17,528 nucleotides of DNA. Source: Candidatus Bathyarchaeota archaeon. Lineage in GTDB: Archaea; Thermoproteota; Bathyarchaeia; Bathyarchaeales; Bathycorpusculaceae. The DNA lies in the NCBI GenBank assembly GCA_963780185.1, contig CAWABA010000002.1, forward strand, positions 1-17,528. The letters run 5' to 3'. Under the pieces are notes generated by a model, which ran no database searches, was not told the DNA's origin, and saw nothing but the letters and a program-made list of their open reading frames with translations. This document shows, piece after piece, positions 8,730-14,661 of the stretch (the stretch's first letter is position 1; every line of letters starts with the position of its first letter). Position numbers and translations under genes: made by a program.

Positions 8730-9578
8730 ATGAGCAAAAAACCCGCAGAACCCCCAAAACCCGAGTCCAAGACGGATGAAGAAATCAAAAAAGAAGAAAT
8801 CCGGAAAGCGAAATTAACCGTCGGCATCTACCTTATGATTGCTTTGTTTATCCTGATAGCTATTGCATCGATAACTTATTTCATGCATATTCACAATGTA
8901 TTGCTTAAGACAGTTTTGTACGTTGGAGTCGCTGGTGGAATGGGTGGAGCGTTTTACGGCATAAATGGGTTCGTAGGCCACATTGCCGAAGACGACTTTG
9001 ACGCTAAATGGGAGTGGTGGTACCTCTACCATCCAATTACCGGATTCGTGCTGGGCGTGTTCGCTTACTTCTTAATTGTAGGCGGACTACTAACTTTAGG
9101 CTCAGTTTCACAAATCGACTACACAAAAGGCATTCTACTCTACTGTTCAATATCATTCATCGCCGGATTCTCAGCGAGGAAATTCACAGAGAAACTAAAC
9201 GACTTAGCCTCAACGCTATTCTCCTCATCTTCTTCGACAACCAAAACCACGCCAACCGCTACAAATCTCGTCGTTTCAGGTTTCCCAAATCCAGCTACAG
9301 CAGGCGCACCTGGCTCTTTTAAGGTTACAGCGAAGGATGCAAACGGAAAGAAAGTAACTTCCTACACTGGCACAGTTAAAATAACCTCAAGCGACAGTCA
9401 AGCTGTCATTTCGCCCGACGACTACACTTTCCAAGCCAGCGACAAAGGAGTCCGCACCTTCAAAAACGTCGCCACTTTGAACACACCCGGTACACAGTCA
9501 ATTACAGCCACAGATACCCAGAACAATTCAATCAAAGGCTCCCAAACCGAAATAAAAGTTAACAAAGCCGCCAGCTAG
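8730..9578 (+). CDS. Hypothetical membrane protein: about 4 TM helices, Ser/Thr linker and a C-terminal Ig-like domain
   Basis: Charged N-terminus; four hydrophobic segments with AGGMGG, W.WWYLYHPITG and FIAGFS motifs; linker SSSSSTTKTTPT; beta-rich domain LVVSGFPNPATAG...VTAKD..G....YTGTV.ITSSD..A...DYTF...DKG..TF...TL.TPGTQSITATD resembling Ig-like repeats of bacterial surface proteins. Confidence 0.8.
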   Translation: MSKKPAEPPKPESKTDEEIKKEEIRKAKLTVGIYLMIALFILIAIASITYFMHIHNVLLKTVLYVGVAGGMGGAFYGINGFVGHIAEDDFDAKWEWWYLYHPITGFVLGVFAYFLIVGGLLTLGSVSQIDYTKGILLYCSISFIAGFSARKFTEKLNDLASTLFSSSSSTTKTTPTATNLVVSGFPNPATAGAPGSFKVTAKDANGKKVTSYTGTVKITSSDSQAVISPDDYTFQASDKGVRTFKNVATLNTPGTQSITATDTQNNSIKGSQTEIKVNKAAS

Positions 9579-9690
9579 CACAGCCATACAAAAAACTGAA
9601 CTGAAAAATGATCCAGAGCTAAAAAACACCGCAGCTATTTCTATTCTCCTCTTTATGTTCTCGTTTTTACGGATAATTCACGGGTTTTTG

Positions 9691-9726
9691 CCGCCTGCTT
9701 TAAGGCGGGCTTTATGGCTTTTTTTT
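9691..9726 (+). terminator. Putative intrinsic terminator after the membrane protein gene
   Basis: Stem CCGCCT (9691-9696) / AGGCGG (9703-9708) with a 6-nt loop, followed by a T-tract at 9719-9726. Confidence 0.5.
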
Positions 9727-9772
9727 GACGTGACTGTTTCGTGTTTTTTTGAGGGTATCCGATAGAAGGGTG

Positions 9773-9796
9773 AAGCATCTACAGAAAGCATCTACA
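9773..9796 (+). repeat. 11-bp direct repeat AAGCATCTACA x2 upstream of sdhA
   Basis: Exact copies at 9773-9783 and 9786-9796. Confidence 0.7.
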
Positions 9797-9927
9797 CTTT
9801 GACGGTACAAAGTAGCACTCCCACCGTTGAGTTGCAAAAGTTTTTTAGAAACCCTAAACTTCGGAATATTTGGTCGCGACTTCCATTTTTCACGACATCT
9901 TACTCTCAAATTGAAAGGCGAAAAAAC

Positions 9928-11652
9928 GTGATTCACGAATTTGACGTAGTTATCGTCGGCGCAGGGATCGCTGGCATGACGGCTGCATTGACAGCTTCAG
10001 AAACCTGCAACATAGCTGTAATCAGCAAGGTCTATGCGTCCCGTAGTCACAGCGGCTCAGCGCAAGGCGGCATCGCGGCGGCTCTTGGAAACGAAGAGGA
10101 AGACCACTGGGAATGGCACATGTTTGACACGGTGAAGGGAAGCGACTACTTAGCAGACCAAGATATGGCTGAGATTCTAGCTCGGGAAGCGCCCGAAAGG
10201 GTAATTGAGCTGGAGCATCTCGGGGTACCCTTCAGCCGCAACGGCGAAGGCAAGATTGAGCAGCGGCGGTTCGGCGGTCACACCAAGAACTTCGGGGAAG
10301 CGCCTGTTAAGCGGGCTTGCTACGCCTCTGACAGAACGGGGCGCGTCATCATGGACACGCTGTACGACCATTGTACGGTGCGAGGTGTAAAAATATTCAA
10401 TGAAGTCTTCGTGACGTCGCTTCTGATGTCTGAGGGTCGATGCTGCGGCGTCGCTGGCTACGAGTTGGCGACGGGTGAACCCGTAGTCTTCCATGGGAAA
10501 GCCGTGTTGCTGGCTACTGGCGGCTGCGGCAGAATGTTCCAAACCACCTCGATGTCTTACGCGGCGACGGGCGACGGCTTCGCCTTGGCTTTTGACGCTG
10601 GCGTCCCACTTGAAGATATGGAGTTTGTGCAGTTTCACCCAACTGGCATCCATGGCTTAGGCATCTTAGTCAGCGAAGCCGCGAGGTCTGAAGGCGGCGT
10701 GTTGCGGAACGGCAAATGCGAACGGTTCATGGAGCGTTACGCGCCGACGCTGAAGGATTTAGCGCCCAGAGACATCATTTCCCGAGCTATCCTAACTGAA
10801 ATCGCCGAGGGTAGAGGCGCAGAAGGCTCCGACTACGTTTACTTGGATTTGACGCATTTGGGCAAGGAGCAGTTGCAGCATAAGCTTTCGGAGGTTACCT
10901 CTTTTGTGAAGACTTACCTTGGCATCGACGCGAGTGAGTCGTTGATTCCTGTGGCGCCCACATGCCACTACATGATGGGTGGCATCCCCACCGACGCAGA
11001 AGCACGCGTCCTATCAAACGAAAAAAACACGGTTTTGCCTGGGCTTTGGGCGGCGGGTGAATGCGCATGCGTCAGCGTCCACGGCGCAAACAGGTTGGGC
11101 ACTAACTCACTGGTTGACCTGCTTGTTTTCGGCAAAAGAGCAGGCTTAGACATCGCCAAATACGCCAGCAAAACCCCCCTGACGCCTCTGCCCGAAGATG
11201 CGGAGCAGTCTGTTTCATCAAAAATCGACAGGTTTCTGGCTTCAGGTGGGGCAGAGCGGGTTTCCGTGGTTCGAGGTGAGATGGAGCGGACGATGACGAA
11301 GTTGTGCAGCGTGTTCCGCGACAGGGCTGGGCTTGAGCAGGCGCTCTTTAAAATCCGTGAGCTTCAGGGCAGAATGGCAAACATCAATTTGAGCTACCAT
11401 GGAAGAAACTTCAACTACGAGCTTGAAGACGCGTTTGAACTGCAGAATATGCTCAGGCTTTCGGAGACAATCGTGTTTTCGGCGCTGCAACGGCAGGAAA
11501 GCCGCGGAGCCCATTTCCGCAATGACTTTCCCATACGCAATGATGAAACGTGGCTGAAACACACGTTAGTTTTCCAGTCACCGTCTGAGCTTGAGGCACG
11601 TTACAAACCCGTGGTCATAACCCGTTTTGAACCCAAAACCAGGAAGTACTAA
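9928..11652 (+). CDS. sdhA: Succinate dehydrogenase/fumarate reductase flavoprotein subunit
   Basis: [11 protein letters not shown]; covalent-FAD His in [10 protein letters not shown]; [33 protein letters not shown] and [12 protein letters not shown] 9928 fits the family N-terminus, so the ORF track start at 9799 is probably too long. Confidence 0.95.
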   Translation: MIHEFDVVIVGAGIAGMTAALTASETCNIAVISKVYASRSHSGSAQGGIAAALGNEEEDHWEWHMFDTVKGSDYLADQDMAEILAREAPERVIELEHLGVPFSRNGEGKIEQRRFGGHTKNFGEAPVKRACYASDRTGRVIMDTLYDHCTVRGVKIFNEVFVTSLLMSEGRCCGVAGYELATGEPVVFHGKAVLLATGGCGRMFQTTSMSYAATGDGFALAFDAGVPLEDMEFVQFHPTGIHGLGILVSEAARSEGGVLRNGKCERFMERYAPTLKDLAPRDIISRAILTEIAEGRGAEGSDYVYLDLTHLGKEQLQHKLSEVTSFVKTYLGIDASESLIPVAPTCHYMMGGIPTDAEARVLSNEKNTVLPGLWAAGECACVSVHGANRLGTNSLVDLLVFGKRAGLDIAKYASKTPLTPLPEDAEQSVSSKIDRFLASGGAERVSVVRGEMERTMTKLCSVFRDRAGLEQALFKIRELQGRMANINLSYHGRNFNYELEDAFELQNMLRLSETIVFSALQRQESRGAHFRNDFPIRNDETWLKHTLVFQSPSELEARYKPVVITRFEPKTRKY

Positions 11653-11653
11653 C

Positions 11654-12382
11654 ATGAAAGTAACATTGAAAATCTTCCGTTTCGCCCCCAAAGTCGACAT
11701 GCAACCCCACTACGACATCTTCATAGTCGACGCTAAACCCACGGATCGCCTGCTGGACTGCCTCAACAGGGTCCGCTGGGAACAAGACGGCAGCCTCGCG
11801 TACCGTATGAGCTGCGCCCACGGCATCTGCGGCAGCGACGGCATGACAATCAACGGCGTCTCCGCCTTGGCATGCCAGAAGCTTGTCAAAGACTATTCTG
11901 CAGACAAGGAAATCCTCATCGAACCCCTCAGTGTCTTCCCCGTCGTGAAAGATTTGGTGGTGGATTTAGAGGGGTTTTTCGCGGCGGAAAAGTCGGTTCA
12001 TCCCCCAGAAGGCATAAACCTCACCGAGTCGGTGGAGGGCAAAGAGCACGTGCAGTCGGTAACGCAGCGCCTTGCGTTTGACGACGACATAAAATGCATC
12101 ATGTGCGCCTGCTGCGTAGGCGCGTGTCCAGTCAGCCAGAAAGAGGATCCATCCTACGTTGGTCCAGCCGCCATCGTCCGCGCCCACCGCTACATCTTCG
12201 ACAGCCGCATCAGAGACCAGCTTGAACGACTCAAAATCATGGATCAGCCGCACGGCGACTGGAGCTGCAAAACGTATTACCGATGCACAGTGGTCTGCCC
12301 CAAGGAAATTCAGGTAACCAAGCGGATTTTGGAAGTCAGGAAGAAAATTATGGATGAATTGCGGCCAAAACAGCCCTTGTAA
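11654..12382 (+). CDS. sdhB: Succinate dehydrogenase/fumarate reductase iron-sulfur subunit
   Basis: [2Fe-2S] motif SCAHGICGSDG...LAC, plus CIMCACCVGACP and CKTYYRCTVVCP ([4Fe-4S]/[3Fe-4S] pattern). ATG 11654 is 1 nt after the sdhA stop. Confidence 0.95.
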   Translation: MKVTLKIFRFAPKVDMQPHYDIFIVDAKPTDRLLDCLNRVRWEQDGSLAYRMSCAHGICGSDGMTINGVSALACQKLVKDYSADKEILIEPLSVFPVVKDLVVDLEGFFAAEKSVHPPEGINLTESVEGKEHVQSVTQRLAFDDDIKCIMCACCVGACPVSQKEDPSYVGPAAIVRAHRYIFDSRIRDQLERLKIMDQPHGDWSCKTYYRCTVVCPKEIQVTKRILEVRKKIMDELRPKQPL

Positions 12383-12440
12383 ATGAAGCTGAGAACAGGC
12401 GCTGCTCTCTTCTGCATGGGACAGTTAAGTGGGGGTTCGG

Positions 12441-12456
12441 CGAAAACGTATATAAT
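12441..12456 (+). promoter_or_regulatory. Candidate BRE/TATA upstream of the ferredoxin gene
   Basis: CGAAAA followed by CGTATATAAT, about 40-55 nt upstream of ATG 12495/12510. Confidence 0.4.
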
Positions 12457-12509
12457 CTGCCCATGTGATTCAGCTTTTAGCCAAGGGGAAACGGATGGGT
12501 ACCTCTCAA

Positions 12510-12749
12510 ATGCTTGAAAAACAAAAAACCAAAACCGTCGCCTGCATAAGATGCGGCGTATGCATGCGCAGTTGCCCACACAACCTGAGCCCAATCTTGA
12601 TTAAAGAGGCTTTTGAAAAAGAGAAGTTTGAAAAACTGATGAAGCTTCGGGTGGATCTTTGTGAGGGCTGTGGAAACTGCACTTTCGTTTGTCCGTCAAG
12701 AATTGACCTGCGGGTTTTTGTGCTGAAAGCGAAGGCATCCGTGCGTTAA
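12510..12749 (+). CDS. Small 2[4Fe-4S] dicluster ferredoxin resembling the isolated C-terminal Fe-S domain of RnfC/RsxC
   Basis: CIRCGVCMRSCP.NLSP and CEGCGNCTFVCPSRIDL......AK; 79 aa from ATG 12510 (ATG 12495 alternative). Confidence 0.85.
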   Translation: MLEKQKTKTVACIRCGVCMRSCPHNLSPILIKEAFEKEKFEKLMKLRVDLCEGCGNCTFVCPSRIDLRVFVLKAKASVR

Positions 12750-12810
12750 GAGCCGTCCTGCTTGGATCTGCGTTGGGCGCCTAGTTCTGCGTAAGCCTTT
12801 ATAGATATCC

Positions 12811-12825
12811 AGAGAATATTTATAT
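12811..12825 (+). promoter_or_regulatory. Candidate BRE/TATA for the rps19e operon
   Basis: Purine-rich AGAGAA followed by TTTATA (12819-12824), about 50 nt upstream of TTG 12874. A second TTTATA lies at 12798-12803. Confidence 0.45.
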
Positions 12826-12873
12826 TTGGCTTCATTGTTTTACTGCAAGGAAAAACAAAGGATTAGAACAATC

Positions 12874-13338
12874 TTGACTACTCCTCACGATGTTCCAGCT
12901 TCAAAGTTTATTGATCGTTTAGCTAAGTATCTTAGGGAAAACGTTGATGAAGTTCAGCCTCTTCCATGGGCAGCGTTCGTTAAGACAGGTACTCATGTGG
13001 AAAAGCAGCCTCAGAACCCGAATTGGTGGTACACCCGAAGTGCATCTGTGCTTCGCAAAGTGTATGTTCATGGTCCGATTGGTCTGGAGAAGTTGCGGGC
13101 TGATTACGGCGGAAGAAAGAATAACGGCGTTAAGAAATCACATGCTACTAAATCAGGCGGAAGTAACATTCGCAAGATTCTTCAGCAGCTTGAGACTGCT
13201 GGTTTAGTTCAGACCACTAAGCCACAGGGTAGACGTGTTACTCCTAAAGGTCGCAAGCTTCTTCAAGAAGTTGCTGGGGACTTGCATAAAGAAGTAGTCA
13301 AAAGTGTGCCTGCGCTCAAGAAGTATCAAGGCGAATAG
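12874..13338 (+). CDS. rps19e: 30S ribosomal protein S19e
   Basis: TTG 12874 gives MTTPHDVPASKFI; WAAFVKTG.H.EKQP, WWYTRSASVLRKVY, YGGRK, RKILQQLE.AGLV and GRRVTPKG. Confidence 0.97.
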   Translation: MTTPHDVPASKFIDRLAKYLRENVDEVQPLPWAAFVKTGTHVEKQPQNPNWWYTRSASVLRKVYVHGPIGLEKLRADYGGRKNNGVKKSHATKSGGSNIRKILQQLETAGLVQTTKPQGRRVTPKGRKLLQEVAGDLHKEVVKSVPALKKYQGE

Positions 13339-13343
13339 AAGCA

Positions 13344-13670
13344 ATGTCTGATGACGAGCTTGACCAGATCCGTAAACGAAAGCTGTCGTCGATGCAGCGC
13401 AGAGTAAATGATGATCAAAGGCAATCTCAAGAAGAACAAATAGAAGCTCAGAAGCAGGCGTTGCTTAGGAAGATATTGGCTCCTGAGGCTCAGCAAAGGC
13501 TCAACAACCTGAAGATGGTTAAGCAGGACTTTGCAGAGCAGATTGAGATGCAGTTGATTCAGATGGCGCAGACGGGTAAGCTGCCGATTCCGTTGTCTGA
13601 CGATCAGCTTAAACAGATCTTAATTCAGCTTCAATCACGGAAGCGAGAACCAACAATTAGAAGGATATGA
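13344..13670 (+). CDS. PDCD5/TFAR19-family DNA-binding protein
   Basis: [35 protein letters not shown] and [10 protein letters not shown]; sits in the conserved position after rps19e. Confidence 0.93.
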   Translation: MSDDELDQIRKRKLSSMQRRVNDDQRQSQEEQIEAQKQALLRKILAPEAQQRLNNLKMVKQDFAEQIEMQLIQMAQTGKLPIPLSDDQLKQILIQLQSRKREPTIRRI

Positions 13671-13674
13671 AAGT

Positions 13675-13833
13675 ATGGCGCGAGTTAAACCTACGGCGAA
13701 AAAGCTTCGGCTAGCTAAAGCTGGCAAAATCGCATCGTCTGTTCCCACATGGGTAATTGCCCGAACTGACGGCAAAGTTAGAAATAACCCTAAACAAAGA
13801 CGGAACTGGCGAACTAGAAAAATAAAGGCATAG
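13675..13833 (+). CDS. rpl39e: 50S ribosomal protein L39e (52 aa, absent from the ORF track)
   Basis: Hand translation gives [52 protein letters not shown], with the K.RLAK, VP.WV and RRNWR motifs; directly upstream of rpl31e. Confidence 0.96.
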   Translation: MARVKPTAKKLRLAKAGKIASSVPTWVIARTDGKVRNNPKQRRNWRTRKIKA

Positions 13834-13848
13834 GAGACGTAAATAGGC

Positions 13849-14331
13849 ATGGTTAACGAAAACAAGCAAGAAACGCAGACTGTCCCAGCAGAGGAAGAGT
13901 TGCCGCCAGTCGCTGAAGAAACCGTTGAGGAACAGGTTCCTGAAGAGTTAGTGTCGGAGCCTGCGGCTGAGGTTAAGCCTGAGGAAGCTGTCGCTGAAGA
14001 AGAGGAAGCTAAACCTGAACGCAAAAAGAAGGAAGAGGAAGAAATCGTTGAAGAACGAACCTACGTTATTCCTTTGGGCAGAGCGTTGGTTAGGCCGCCG
14101 AACAAGCGTGCTTCGCGTGCGATGCAGTTGATTAAGATTTTCATCACTAAACACATGAAGTTGGAGCTGCGGGTTTCTGAAGAAGAGGAAGAAGAAGAGC
14201 TGCCTCAACTCATCATAAGCCAAGAACTTAACCAGGCAATCTGGAAGCGAGGCATCGAGAAACCTCCAAGAAAAATCAAGGTCCGCGCAGCCAAAGACAA
14301 AGACGGCAACGTAACAGTCTACCTCGCATAA
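13849..14331 (+). CDS. rpl31e: 50S ribosomal protein L31e with an acidic N-terminal extension
   Basis: Core EERTYVIPL, KRASRAM..IK.FI.KHMK and LNQAIWKRGIEKPPRKIKV, preceded by about 65 Glu/Pro-rich residues. Confidence 0.95.
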   Translation: MVNENKQETQTVPAEEELPPVAEETVEEQVPEELVSEPAAEVKPEEAVAEEEEAKPERKKKEEEEIVEERTYVIPLGRALVRPPNKRASRAMQLIKIFITKHMKLELRVSEEEEEEELPQLIISQELNQAIWKRGIEKPPRKIKVRAAKDKDGNVTVYLA

Positions 14332-14347
14332 ACCCAACAAACATCCA

Positions 14348-14368
14348 TTTTTAATTTTTTTGTTTTTT
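14348..14368 (+). terminator. Archaeal oligo-T terminator of the rps19e-rpl31e operon
   Basis: T5, T7 and T6 runs 17-37 nt after the rpl31e stop. Confidence 0.6.
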
Positions 14369-14428
14369 CTTAGCGAAGCTTGTTCTTCTTAGCATTTTGT
14401 GTTGGTTTTTTTGTAAACAGCTAAGCAG

Positions 14429-14591
14429 AAATGAGAATTTTCAGGCTTCTTATCTGGAGAAGCCTCAATCTTGCTTCCACAGTTCGAGACTGTCTACCTT
14501 ATCGACCAATCCTCAGCCCAATTGGGCTAAACGTTGATGTGCTTGATCTATGAACGCCTTTTCAAGCTTGGATTGGAACTAAATGAGAATT
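14429..14591. repeat. 11-bp direct repeats AAATGAGAATT flanking a palindrome-rich segment
   Basis: Exact copies at 14429-14439 and 14581-14591. Between them lie the inverted repeat AGGCTTCT/AGAAGCCT (14443-14465) and the perfect palindrome AGCCCAATTGGGCT (14515-14528). Confidence 0.6.
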
Positions 14592-14592
14592 A

Positions 14593-14606
14593 CAAAAAGT
14601 TATATA
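14593..14606 (+). promoter_or_regulatory. Candidate BRE/TATA of the histidine kinase gene
   Basis: CAAAAAG followed by TTATATA (14600-14606), about 55 nt upstream of ATG 14662. Confidence 0.5.
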
Positions 14607-14661
14607 CCTTCCTTGAGTTAACGAATAATGATTCTTTTAATAAAATCCACTCGTGATTCCA

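Noticed and set aside
8730-9230. Membrane protein as a canonical SdhC/SdhD anchor
   Set aside because: No SdhC/D-like quinone or heme-ligand pattern, it is fused to an Ig-like domain, and it is separated from sdhA by 350 nt containing a terminator-like hairpin.
9799-9927. 43-aa N-terminal extension of SdhA as a possible signal or anchor
   Set aside because: Not hydrophobic and no valid Tat motif; the family N-terminus starts at GTG 9928.
13635-14340. Antisense ORFs 13635..14024 and 13948..14340
   Set aside because: They are Ser/Phe-rich mirrors of the Glu/Lys codons in rpl31e and rpl39e.
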